A DNA stretch of 47,589 nt, taken from NCBI GenBank assembly GCA_964587205.1, contig CAZPKQ010000001.1, forward strand, positions 1 through 47,589. Direction: 5' to 3'. The position numbers and the translations under genes are program-made. Positions 8,040 through 16,927 of this stretch are shown in pieces (within the stretch, counting starts at the first letter, position 1; each line of letters begins with the position of its first letter). The notes beneath the pieces were generated by a model. That model made no database searches and was not told the DNA's origin. It was given only the letters and a program-made list of their open reading frames with translations. This DNA comes from an uncultured Candidatus Saccharibacteria bacterium. Its GTDB lineage: Bacteria > Patescibacteriota > Minisyncoccia > Phycocordibacterales > PALSA-1337.

Positions 8040-8306
8040 ATGAACCAATACGAAACCTACCTGAAAGCCATCGGTCTTTTCTGTCTGTTCTTTGCTGGCC
8101 TTGGCTTCATCGTCAATGGCTATGTGGACAGGCATCGAAAAGGCTTCGGCAAGATCTTTTCAGTCATTCTCGGAGCAGTCTTTCTGCTCATCACTCTGAC
8201 TCTCATCTTCTTTCTTTACAAGGGTCAATTCCACACACAGCTCGCTTTTGCGGGCTTTGTTTTTTATTCAATAATCCCGCCACCAATACACTCATCTCCC
8301 TTGTAA
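8040..8306 (+). CDS. Possible small membrane protein
   Basis: Hydrophobic ORF (MNQYETYLKAIGLFCLFFAGLGFIVNG...). Its 3' end overlaps the convergent mnmA by ~43 nt. No signals checked. Confidence 0.3.
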   Translation: MNQYETYLKAIGLFCLFFAGLGFIVNGYVDRHRKGFGKIFSVILGAVFLLITLTLIFFLYKGQFHTQLAFAGFVFYSIIPPPIHSSPL

Positions 8307-9415
8307 ATAACCAAAGATTGACCAGAAGACAGAATATCTTGAGGTTTTTCAAATTCAAATGTTGTCTCAGAAATATTTGCAGAGACAATTCGAACCTTAG
8401 ACAATTCTTGTCTATATCTAGCTCTAACCTCATAAGGAAAAGAATTGCTATTGTTTGGATCGAAATCTGGAATATTTCCACTTACCCAATTTACATTCGA
8501 AATTGTCACCCTATTTTCCGATAAAGGTAAATGACCATTATCTTTATTTGATACTGTAATAGTATTTTGATCAATATCTTTATCAATCACATAATATGGA
8601 GCATCGCTTGGAGTCTTCTTGAAAATTGTAAAACCATGCCTTTCACCTTTTGTGAAGAATATTGAGCCATTATGCTCACCGACCACTTCTCCATTTTCAT
8701 TCAAAACATTTCCTTTTTTGCTTTTTATATAATGAGAAAGAAATTCTTTTATATCGACTTTGCCTATGAAGCACAAACCCTGGCTATCTTTCTTTGTAGC
8801 ATTTGGTAGACCCATTTTCCTCGACATATGTCTGACTTCTGTCTTTTGCAAATGGCCAACAGGAAATAAAATATGTGGCAAATCATTTTGGTTTAGAGTC
8901 CAGAGAAAATACGATTGATCTTTATTTTGATCCACACCCTTCAACAGTTTGTATTCAATAACATCTTGAGAGTTTTGACCCTCTATTTCTCTAATCCCTA
9001 ACTCTCTAACCCTCTCACCCTTCACTCTTGCATAATGCCCAGTAGCGACATAATCCGCCCCTTGCTCCTTTGCCCATTTCCAAAAACCTCCAAACTTCAC
9101 ATATCGATTACACATTACATCCGGATTTGGAGTGCGACCATTTGAATATTCTCGAATCATGTAGTCGATTACATCCTGCTTATATTCCTTGACTAGATCC
9201 AAAGTGACAAATGGTATACCAAAATGAGCAGCCACTCTCATAGCATCAAGTCTCTCTTCTTTCCAATTGCATTCTATCCAATCTGGTTGCCAAACTTTGA
9301 TGAAAACACCAGTAACATCGTATCCAGCTTTCAATAGTAATCCAGCCGAAACAGCACTATCTACGCCACCAGATAGACCAACGAAAACCCGCTTCTTTTG
9401 ACCATTTTTTGTCAT
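8264..9415 (-). CDS. mnmA: tRNA-specific 2-thiouridylase
   Basis: PP-loop GLSGGVDSAVSA and MnmA-like length. I prefer the ATG at 9415 (track start 9433 is TTG). TACTAT lies 6 nt upstream. Confidence 0.93.
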   Translation of the reverse strand: MTKNGQKKRVFVGLSGGVDSAVSAGLLLKAGYDVTGVFIKVWQPDWIECNWKEERLDAMRVAAHFGIPFVTLDLVKEYKQDVIDYMIREYSNGRTPNPDVMCNRYVKFGGFWKWAKEQGADYVATGHYARVKGERVRELGIREIEGQNSQDVIEYKLLKGVDQNKDQSYFLWTLNQNDLPHILFPVGHLQKTEVRHMSRKMGLPNATKKDSQGLCFIGKVDIKEFLSHYIKSKKGNVLNENGEVVGEHNGSIFFTKGERHGFTIFKKTPSDAPYYVIDKDIDQNTITVSNKDNGHLPLSENRVTISNVNWVSGNIPDFDPNNSNSFPYEVRARYRQELSKVRIVSANISETTFEFEKPQDILSSGQSLVIYKGDECIGGGIIE

Positions 9416-9460
9416 ATTTGCATAGTACAACAAAAATCAAATAAGGTAAATATTGTTATT

Positions 9461-9586
9461 AAAGGTCTCAGCAAACATTGGGTATGAAGACCGCTTGCAG
9501 GAAATTCCTAGCAAGGAATTTCCGAAACAGAGCAAAACCTTGCAAGGTTTTGCGTGTCTTCAGACACAATGTTCGCTGAGACCTTT
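9461..9586. repeat. Nested palindromic element with a closing stem and two internal hairpins (three-way-junction-like)
   Basis: AAAGGTCTCAGCAAACATTG (9461-9480) pairs with CAATGTTCGCTGAGACCTTT (9567-9586), 19 of 20. Inner elements are GAAGAC/GTCTTC, GGAAATTCCT-AGC-AAGGAATTTCC and GCAAAACCTTGCAAGGTTTTGC. Confidence 0.85.
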
Positions 9587-9608
9587 TGTAAATGTGTTTA
9601 AATTTTTA

Positions 9609-9634
9609 ACTTTGCACTTTACACTTTGCACTTA
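9609..9634. repeat. ACTTTRC heptamer run abutting the mltG stop codon
   Basis: ACTTTGC ACTTTAC ACTTTGC ACTTA. A related run, CTTTGCACTTTGCACTTT, lies inside leuS at ~15809-15835. Confidence 0.7.
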
Positions 9635-10594
9635 CTTAAGGTATTTATATTTATTTGCCACATGACCATCATGATCTACAGCATAATGCATAGTGCCACT
9701 TTTATCTGATAGATAGAACAAATACTTAGACTTAGTAGGATTGACTGTCGCTTCTATAGCACTCAATCCAGGATTACCAATCGGTGTCGGTGGCAGACCT
9801 TTGTTTGTATATGTATTGTAAGGAGTATCAGTCCTCAAATCGGTAGTCGTTAGAGAAAGAGAATCTTTGCCGAGAGTATAATAAAAAGGCGGATCGACTT
9901 GGAGTGGCATACCAATCTCCAACCTCTTCCACAAAATACCCGCAATAATCTTCCTATCCTCCATCTTTGTAGCCTCTTTCTCTACAATAGAAGCCATAGT
10001 GATAACATCATCCATAGTCTTTCCCAAAGCTTGTATAGCCAAAAGTTGAGTCTTTATTTTTTCTTTGAATGTATTTCGTAACTGTAATAAAACATTATCG
10101 GGGGTAGCATTTTCGTATATATAATAAGTATCAGGAAATAGGTAGCCTTCATAAGACTTTGCCAAGACAAAGAAAGTATCGGCGTCGAATTCTGGTATGG
10201 ATTTCTTTATAAGATTACCAATCTGTCTTGCTGTCATACCTTCGATAATCGTAATCTTATATTTTGGCAAACCCTGCTCACCATTTATCACCCTACTTGC
10301 AATTTTGAGAGCCGACTGTGGCTTATCAAATAAATAATCACCAGCTTGTACCTGCTTATGACCAGAATAAGCTACGACATAAATTTTGAATAAAAATGCA
10401 GATTTGATTATACCCTTCTTTTCAAAATCATCAGCTACTTGTGACAAATACTGACCAGGTTTGATCGAAACAATCTTTCTTTGAGGAAAATCCAGAGGAG
10501 CTATCGAATAACTAATGACCAAAATAAGGAAAATTAGAAAAATAAAAACTAAGCTGTATATAATTTTTTTTGAAATTAATTTGAAAATTGGCAT
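9632..10594 (-). CDS. mltG: Endolytic murein transglycosylase (YceG/MltG family)
   Basis: 320 aa with an N-terminal TM helix and a YceG-like core (...GMPLQVDPPFYY..., ...YNTYTNKGLPPTPIGNPG...). Its start overlaps the upstream stop (TAATG). Confidence 0.88.
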   Translation of the reverse strand: MPIFKLISKKIIYSLVFIFLIFLILVISYSIAPLDFPQRKIVSIKPGQYLSQVADDFEKKGIIKSAFLFKIYVVAYSGHKQVQAGDYLFDKPQSALKIASRVINGEQGLPKYKITIIEGMTARQIGNLIKKSIPEFDADTFFVLAKSYEGYLFPDTYYIYENATPDNVLLQLRNTFKEKIKTQLLAIQALGKTMDDVITMASIVEKEATKMEDRKIIAGILWKRLEIGMPLQVDPPFYYTLGKDSLSLTTTDLRTDTPYNTYTNKGLPPTPIGNPGLSAIEATVNPTKSKYLFYLSDKSGTMHYAVDHDGHVANKYKYLK

Positions 10595-11874
10595 TATATT
10601 GGGAGATTACCAGGAGCCTGAGATCGCTTCGACGGTACACGGTCGAGATTTGGGGTCTGAGCGACAGAGCCTGGGAAATGATACATCGTAGCCAATTCCT
10701 CAGCATTCATAACTAAAGGCTTGGAAATAAAAGGTGGATAAAAATACGATCGTCTCTTATATGCCAAAAGTGATTGTTTGCTATAACGATTGCGTCTCAT
10801 ATCACGGAAATCTGTCCAAGGCTCACCTATGCTTGAGTGCAATTTATCACTATTGGGTTTGAATCCATTCATATGTTCATGACCGAAATGTTTGAGTCCA
10901 GCCATAATACCTCCTATACCAAATGGTGCATTGAATATGTCTTTTTTTGCAATATAAATACATCGTATACCGACATCGAAGGCTGGCTTACTAATCCTTC
11001 TTTCTATTGCTTCTGCCATTTCTTTTTCTACAGGTGTAATAGTAGGTAATTTGCTAAATCCTGTCTCATCATCAACCTTACCAGACACTTTTGTCTTCGG
11101 ATCACGAAGAAGTATTTCATTTATTTCTTTCTTTGCATCTTCCTTCCAACCATCTTCATATTCGAAGAATTTACCGGCCTTGCGACGGTTTTTGGAAATA
11201 TGACCTTGAAGCAAGATTTGGATCCAGACTTGCTGATTTGGACCGACACTACCCAAAAATTCGATGAGAGGCAACAATGGATCGATCTTGAATTCTTCTT
11301 TTGGATCCTTGTCTAGACCATAATCGATATATGTCTTGATCGGATAAACGACTTTTTTATTTGTAAATGTCATCTCAGCCGCCCAAGTCTTGAGCTCTTT
11401 TGGATCGAAGTGTACTGACTTTGTATAGTCTGGAACCTCTTTTATTTCTATTTCTGGAAATTGAGAATATAAAGCTGATATTACACCCTGCTTTCTTCCA
11501 TCTTCAGTCCAAATCATAAATTTGACTGCACCCTCGATCGAGATGAGCTCGAGTGAATACCATGGCCTTGTCTCACCTTTCCAGTATTTGTTGTAATTTG
11601 TACCATCAGAAGTATTGTGTAAAGCATTTATGAAAATTTCCATGGCTTTTGGTGACTTCCAAGTATCCTTGGGTAATTTTAGTTCCAAAACTGTGAACTT
11701 TTTTGAAAAGATGTTTTTGCTTCTGACATAGTCGATCCACATAACCCAAAAAATCTTGGTAAATAAAACTGCAAAAACAATCGGTGCTACAAAAGCTATG
11801 AGCTCATAAGCATTTGGCAAAATAACAGTCAAAAACCTATTCCAAGTCTCCAAAAATAGACTTTCTACATTCAT
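10594..11874 (-). CDS. Hypothetical membrane-anchored protein
   Basis: ATG at 11874 (MNVESLFLETWNRF...) followed by a TM segment. The longer track ORF (to 12123) overlaps the upstream gene and crosses its terminator. Its stop overlaps the mltG ATG. Confidence 0.75.
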   Translation of the reverse strand: MNVESLFLETWNRFLTVILPNAYELIAFVAPIVFAVLFTKIFWVMWIDYVRSKNIFSKKFTVLELKLPKDTWKSPKAMEIFINALHNTSDGTNYNKYWKGETRPWYSLELISIEGAVKFMIWTEDGRKQGVISALYSQFPEIEIKEVPDYTKSVHFDPKELKTWAAEMTFTNKKVVYPIKTYIDYGLDKDPKEEFKIDPLLPLIEFLGSVGPNQQVWIQILLQGHISKNRRKAGKFFEYEDGWKEDAKKEINEILLRDPKTKVSGKVDDETGFSKLPTITPVEKEMAEAIERRISKPAFDVGIRCIYIAKKDIFNAPFGIGGIMAGLKHFGHEHMNGFKPNSDKLHSSIGEPWTDFRDMRRNRYSKQSLLAYKRRSYFYPPFISKPLVMNAEELATMYHFPGSVAQTPNLDRVPSKRSQAPGNLPI

Positions 11875-11890
11875 GCAAGGATTATACCAC

Positions 11891-11919
11891 AAAAAATCCC
11901 GAACAAGTCGGGATTTTTT
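11891..11919 (-). terminator. Intrinsic (bidirectional-type) terminator after the sigma-r4/HARE-HTH gene
   Basis: AAAAAATCCCGA-ACAAG-TCGGGATTTTTT. Confidence 0.85.
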
Positions 11920-11924
11920 GTTTA

Positions 11925-12962
11925 TTATTTTTCGATTGGAGTATACTTTCCTTCTTTGTCTCTCTTGAAATATTTTGGATTTTGGAGATTGACGACAATA
12001 GTATTTTCCTTGACGTATCTTTCCTTCATAACTTTGTCGATAACCTCTTCCTTTGACATAGGACCATTCTTTGCAAGGACAGATCTGATGACATCTCGGA
12101 CGACACCCGGAGCATAACCCCATTCTGCAAGAGCGTATAGACCGCGTCCGACTAGGACAAATCTTGGATCCTTGATCAATTCATTGTGAGTTGTAGCTAC
12201 GTGAGCCTTCTTATTGAACATAGTACCGATCTGCTTTGCAACTTCGCGGAAATGTATAGGAGAACCGTGCTTGCGAATGACGAGGAAGGCGTAATCTCGC
12301 ATACCCTTTGTCTTGATATTTGGAGAAGATGTAACACCCCAATCACCCAATTGATTTTTGCCGATGATTTTTGAAATTTGGAGCCAGCGCTTGACTACTT
12401 CTTGGTTTTTGTACTTCTCTGATACATCCTGCAAATGACCCAAGAACTTGCTGACCATCTCTGATTCTGGAAGTAAATCTTCATTTTTAAGATTTGTGTA
12501 TAGTTTCTTCAATGCTTCTTCTACCTTTTTTGCTAGAACTTCATTTACATGCCAGCGATGACGGAATTCATCATCTTCTTTGAATTTTCGGAAAGGTTCA
12601 CCGACTACTAGCAAGAAATAGATGTGATTTTGGAGACTAGGATCTTTTGAGACATGGCCTAGGAAATCATCTTCAACGACAATACCACCTAGAGAGTGAA
12701 GTAAAGTCTCAATCTCAGCAAATGCAGATTTCTCTTTTGCATAATCATCTGACTTGCGAATATTGGTCAAAGCGTAGTTTTCGATTTGACGGACTCTTTC
12801 GCGAGTAATGCCGTAGATCTTTCCTATAGCATCAAGTGTCATACGCTTTACATCCTTGCCAAGACCGTATCTGTATGTGATCACTTCGCGAGCACGATCA
12901 GGAAGAGAAGACAAAAGTCTCTTTACAGTCTGTTTTGGTTTGAATGTAAGTGTTGTTGCCAT
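11925..12962 (-). CDS. Sigma-70 region-4-like HTH protein with a C-terminal HARE-HTH-like domain
   Basis: N-terminal LPDRAREVITYRYGLG...TLDAIGKIYGITRERVRQIENYAL is a region-4 pattern. C-terminal ...YAFLVIRKHGSPIHFREVAKQI... resembles HARE-HTH. Confidence 0.75.
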   Translation of the reverse strand: MATTLTFKPKQTVKRLLSSLPDRAREVITYRYGLGKDVKRMTLDAIGKIYGITRERVRQIENYALTNIRKSDDYAKEKSAFAEIETLLHSLGGIVVEDDFLGHVSKDPSLQNHIYFLLVVGEPFRKFKEDDEFRHRWHVNEVLAKKVEEALKKLYTNLKNEDLLPESEMVSKFLGHLQDVSEKYKNQEVVKRWLQISKIIGKNQLGDWGVTSSPNIKTKGMRDYAFLVIRKHGSPIHFREVAKQIGTMFNKKAHVATTHNELIKDPRFVLVGRGLYALAEWGYAPGVVRDVIRSVLAKNGPMSKEEVIDKVMKERYVKENTIVVNLQNPKYFKRDKEGKYTPIEK

Positions 12963-13075
12963 GTTTTTATAATAGTATTAATGAATATGTTTTATCATTT
13001 TATCCAATTAAAGTCAACAAGCTTGCACAACTTGTAGATTTATGGTACAACGTAAATGGAAGGAACCTCAAGACC

Positions 13076-13585
13076 ATGAAAAAAGTGGAATGGGAAATCG
13101 GTTTTGTACTGCCGAAGCAAATCACCGGCACACCAATGTGGCTCGACACGAAACCGTTGCGGGACTTGGACATTTCGAGATCTGTCCGTCTGATCGGAAC
13201 TCCCGAAAAACAATCTGGAGAATTTCTGAACTGGGCAAAGGGGCAAGCAACGGATGGGACGATCTTCGCAGATATCAGGCACTTCCAGCGTCTTGCCGAG
13301 GTGCTCGAAGGCAAGTCTAGCCAGGTCGAAGGTCGATACACTCACTTCGTCTTGGCTGGAATTGTCTTCGATACCACGGAGCAGATTCGGGTCGTGGAAA
13401 AAGTGACCGTCGCTGGCAAAACGACAGATCAGCCGAAGATGATCGACGTCAACATGCGGTCTGTTCCCGTGATGAATCTTTTCGTGATCAATAACAAGCC
13501 GGTCTGGGGCGTTGCCCTTTATCCGGCAAATCAATACTACGGGCGACTTGGTGGTCATGACACCGCGCTCGTACTGATCGGATGA
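13076..13585 (+). CDS. Hypothetical protein, GC-rich orphan
   Basis: ATG at 13076 (MKKVEWEIGFVLPKQ...), 169 aa. Preceded by TTGCAC-N17-TACAAC and GGAAGG, followed by a hairpin terminator. Overlapping ORFs in other frames are likely GC artefacts. Confidence 0.55.
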   Translation: MKKVEWEIGFVLPKQITGTPMWLDTKPLRDLDISRSVRLIGTPEKQSGEFLNWAKGQATDGTIFADIRHFQRLAEVLEGKSSQVEGRYTHFVLAGIVFDTTEQIRVVEKVTVAGKTTDQPKMIDVNMRSVPVMNLFVINNKPVWGVALYPANQYYGRLGGHDTALVLIG

Positions 13586-13610
13586 AGTTTCCACACTTCG
13601 TCCATTTCAC

Positions 13611-13634
13611 AAGCGCCGACAACAATCGGCGCTT
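13611..13634 (+). terminator. Hairpin terminator between the convergent orphan gene and leuS
   Basis: AAGCGCCGA-CAACAA-TCGGCGCTT followed by GGTTTATTTAT. Confidence 0.65.
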
Positions 13635-13641
13635 GGTTTAT

Positions 13642-16641
13642 TTATGAAATAACAATATTGATCAATCTATTGGGTACAACGATAACTTTTGTAACCTTTT
13701 TGCCTTCCAACCACTTCTTGACAACCTCATTTTCCATAGCGATTTTTTCGATAATAGATTTGTCTGCATTTGAAGGTGCTTCGAAACTTCCTCTCAACTT
13801 ACCATTGATCTGAATTGTAATATTTACGATATCTTCTTGGACAAAATCTGGGTTATATTCTGGCCAAGGAGCGATATGAATTGACTTTTTATTTCCCAAA
13901 TTCATCCACAATTCTTCAGTAAAATGAGGGGCAAAAGGAGCCAAAAGTTTGATCAAATTAGAAAAATTTTGTTTATCGATAATTCCGATTTTTTCTACTT
14001 CATTTACTGTAATCATAAGGGTACTGATTGCTGTATTGAATCGTAGTGATTTGATATCATCAGTCACCTTCTTGATTGCTTTGTGAATGTATTTTGATAT
14101 TTCTTTTGTTTGATTTTGATCTAAGGTATTTGAAATTTTGTCATTCAATTTCCAGACTCTTTCTATGAATCTCCTTGTACCACTCAAGCCAGCAGTACTC
14201 CAAGCAATCTGTTGATCAAATGGACCCATAAACATTTCGTATAATCTCATCGAATCAGCACCATAGTTTTTGACTATATCATCAGGATTTACTACGTTGC
14301 CAAATCTCTTGGACATCTTCCTACCATCTTCACCCATAATAAGACCGACGTGCTGAAGTTTGATAAATGGTTCGGTCGTCGAAACTACTCCGATGTCATA
14401 CAAGAATTTGTGCCAGAAGCGGGCGTATATGAGATGGCGCGTTGCATGTTCTGCCCCACCAACATAGACATCGACTGGTGACCAATATTTTTCTTTTTTA
14501 TTATCAACCAATGCTTTGGAATTTTTTGGATCCATGTAGCGCAAATAGTACCAAGATGAACCTGCCCACTGTGGCATAGTATTTGTCTCTCTCTTGGCTT
14601 TGCCTTTGCAAACTGGACACTTAACATTGACCCATTTGTCTATCGAAGCAAGAGGCGACTCACCAGTACCAGTAGGTTCGTAAGATTTGACTCGAGGTAA
14701 TGTCACTGGCAAATCTTTGAAAGGTACGGGTACAATTCCGTTTGATTCTGGTCTTATCAATTTGCAATTTTCGCAATGAATAATTGGCATTGGCTCGCCC
14801 CAATATCGTTGACGCGAAAATACCCAATCACGAAGTTTGTATTTTGTAACCCACTTGCCACCAACAAAATCTGTAATTTCTTTTTTTATTTCTTCAGAAT
14901 TTTTGCCGTTGAATTGACCTGAATCCATAACAATACCATAACCGGTATATGCTATATCACCATTTAATCTCTGACGCCAATAAGGCATCTCCGAATGCGT
15001 CATAAAATCATCTGTAAGTGTTGAGAAAGATTCCCAAAATATTTCATGTTGGGCATTTTCTTCATCACTAACATTATCTTTTTCTTCATTTTCCAAATCA
15101 AAGGTAACCAACGATGTTAAAGCCAATCTATTTTGATCTTTATGAGCTGCAAAATATTCTGCTCTGACTATACCGCCCAAAACTTTGCCATTTGAAAGAT
15201 TTTTGTAGCCAGTCTCCTCTTGTACTTCTCTTTTGGCTGCTGTTATCAGATCTTCACCTTGTTCGACTCCTCCCATTGGGAAAGTTGTCCAAGGATGCTT
15301 TTTCCATTTCAAACAAAGAATCTTTCCATCTTTTGGATTTCTTACAATGACATGAACATTTCTTCTTTCTACTTTTTGCTTACCAGCCACTGGAGGATTT
15401 CTTTTATCGACGATGTGTGGAGCGATGACTTGCTTTATTGAAAGATTGTATTTTGTTGCAAACTCCCAATCTCTATCATCATGAGCGGGTACGGCCATGA
15501 CTGCGCCTGTGCCATAATCTGGCAAGACATAATCAGCAATCCAAAGTGGCACAGCTTCATTGTTTGCTGGATTAATAACCTTGATACCTTTCAATTCAAC
15601 ACCCGTCTTTTCTTTTTTTACATCTGTCCTTTCAATTTCGCTAATATTTTTTACTTTCTTTATATATTCTTCAACTTCGTTTCTATTTTCTACAATACTC
15701 AAAAATTCAGAGACTAGTTTGTGCTCTGGAGCAAGCACAACATATGTAACCCCAAACAATGTATCGGGCCTTGTCGTAAACACCTCAATTTCTTCCTTAA
15801 CTTTGGACTTTGCACTTTGCACTTTAAACTTTATCAACGCACCTTCGCTCTTCCCAATCCAATTTTTCTGCAAAATCTTTATCGATTCTGGCCAATCAAG
15901 CAAATTACCGCCCTTTTCATTTTTCAAATCAAGATCAGATAAAAGTCTCTCGGCATAGTCAGTAATTTTCAAAACCCATTGACGCATAGGTTTCTTTTCG
16001 ACAACAGTACCACAACGCTCACAACGACCATCCTCAACATCTTCATTTGCCAAACCAGTCTTGCATGAAGGACACCAATTTATCGGCTCATATGATTCAT
16101 AAGCCAAACCTTTTTCTAATAATTTCAAAAAGATCCACTGTGTCCATTTGTAATATTTTGGATCGGTGGTGTTGACCTCGCGCGACCAATCATAATCGAA
16201 GCCAAGTATTTCCAATTGCTTCTTGTATCTTGCAACATTCTTCTTGACCGAATCGGCCGGATTGGTCTTGGTCTTTAGCGCATAATTTTCTGCTGGTAGA
16301 CCGAAAGCGTCAAAGCCCATAGGATGTAGAACCGAGTGACCATTCATGCGCTTGAAACGAGAAATGACATCGGTGGCAATATAGCCTTTTGGATGACCAA
16401 CATGCAAACCTTCACCGGATGGATATGGGAACATATCGAGAACATAAAATTTCTCTCTTTTACCAACTTCTTTTGATTGGTACAATTTGGTCTTTTGCCA
16501 TTTCTTCTGCCATTTGGATTCGATGGGGGCGGGGTTATAGGTTTTGAGCGTTATCTTTTTTGTACTTACTGATGCGCTTTTTCTTGGCTTTTGCCCTTTG
16601 CCTTTTACCTTTTTTAATGCCTTAGATTTTACTTTTTTCAT
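13642..16641 (-). CDS. leuS: Leucine--tRNA ligase with an inserted Nudix-box domain and Lys-rich insertions
   Basis: Carries HVGH, CP1 motifs TTRPDTLFG and GTGAVMAVPAHDDRD, RDWVFSRQRYWGEP, and KMSKR. I prefer the ATG at 16641 (MKKVKSKALKK...), with TATGAT 6 nt upstream. Confidence 0.95.
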   Translation of the reverse strand: MKKVKSKALKKVKGKGQKPRKSASVSTKKITLKTYNPAPIESKWQKKWQKTKLYQSKEVGKREKFYVLDMFPYPSGEGLHVGHPKGYIATDVISRFKRMNGHSVLHPMGFDAFGLPAENYALKTKTNPADSVKKNVARYKKQLEILGFDYDWSREVNTTDPKYYKWTQWIFLKLLEKGLAYESYEPINWCPSCKTGLANEDVEDGRCERCGTVVEKKPMRQWVLKITDYAERLLSDLDLKNEKGGNLLDWPESIKILQKNWIGKSEGALIKFKVQSAKSKVKEEIEVFTTRPDTLFGVTYVVLAPEHKLVSEFLSIVENRNEVEEYIKKVKNISEIERTDVKKEKTGVELKGIKVINPANNEAVPLWIADYVLPDYGTGAVMAVPAHDDRDWEFATKYNLSIKQVIAPHIVDKRNPPVAGKQKVERRNVHVIVRNPKDGKILCLKWKKHPWTTFPMGGVEQGEDLITAAKREVQEETGYKNLSNGKVLGGIVRAEYFAAHKDQNRLALTSLVTFDLENEEKDNVSDEENAQHEIFWESFSTLTDDFMTHSEMPYWRQRLNGDIAYTGYGIVMDSGQFNGKNSEEIKKEITDFVGGKWVTKYKLRDWVFSRQRYWGEPMPIIHCENCKLIRPESNGIVPVPFKDLPVTLPRVKSYEPTGTGESPLASIDKWVNVKCPVCKGKAKRETNTMPQWAGSSWYYLRYMDPKNSKALVDNKKEKYWSPVDVYVGGAEHATRHLIYARFWHKFLYDIGVVSTTEPFIKLQHVGLIMGEDGRKMSKRFGNVVNPDDIVKNYGADSMRLYEMFMGPFDQQIAWSTAGLSGTRRFIERVWKLNDKISNTLDQNQTKEISKYIHKAIKKVTDDIKSLRFNTAISTLMITVNEVEKIGIIDKQNFSNLIKLLAPFAPHFTEELWMNLGNKKSIHIAPWPEYNPDFVQEDIVNITIQINGKLRGSFEAPSNADKSIIEKIAMENEVVKKWLEGKKVTKVIVVPNRLINIVIS

Positions 16642-16699
16642 AGAGCAATCATAGCGGAAAGTGGGTTTTGACGCAAAATTGTGCTGATTTAAAAGGGTA

Positions 16700-16728
16700 T
16701 TGACAATCATTATGTGGTATGCTATAAT
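16700..16728 (+). promoter_or_regulatory. Consensus sigma-70-type promoter TTGACA-N17-TATAAT
   Basis: TTGACA at 16700-16705, a 17-nt spacer, and TATAAT at 16723-16728. The ATG follows 8 nt downstream at 16737. Confidence 0.75.
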
Positions 16729-16736
16729 TGAAGTAG

Positions 16737-16916
16737 ATGAATACCACCCAAATAACGACGTTCACGGGAACGCCCGAAGTCGCGGCCAGGAAGGCCGAGG
16801 AGTTGTTTGATGTCCAGAAGCTGGACATCAAACAGACTCTAGTCAATACGTCCACTACGTTGGTGGACGGGAAACTCATTCTGACCATCGTTGTAATCTG
16901 GACCCGTCCGGTCTAG
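16737..16916 (+). CDS. Hypothetical 59-aa protein, GC-rich and probably leaderless
   Basis: MNTTQITTFTGTPEVAARKAEELFDVQKLDIKQTLVNTSTTLVDGKLILTIVVIWTRPV. One residue below the track cut-off. Framed by the consensus promoter and a strong terminator. Confidence 0.5.
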   Translation: MNTTQITTFTGTPEVAARKAEELFDVQKLDIKQTLVNTSTTLVDGKLILTIVVIWTRPV

Positions 16917-16927
16917 TAACAACGAAC

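Noticed and set aside
11875-12123. N-terminal 83 residues of the 509-aa track ORF (10594-12123)
   Set aside because: This part overlaps the 3' end of the sigma-r4/HARE-HTH gene in another frame and crosses that gene's terminator. It is Arg/Cys/Lys-rich nonsense. The ATG at 11874, followed by a TM helix, is the credible start.
13040-13594. 184-aa minus-strand ORF and the other overlapping ORFs in the 13.0-13.6 kb island
   Set aside because: High GC keeps all frames open. Only the plus-strand 13076-13585 frame has promoter, pre-ATG and terminator context. The frame choice still needs a codon-periodicity check.
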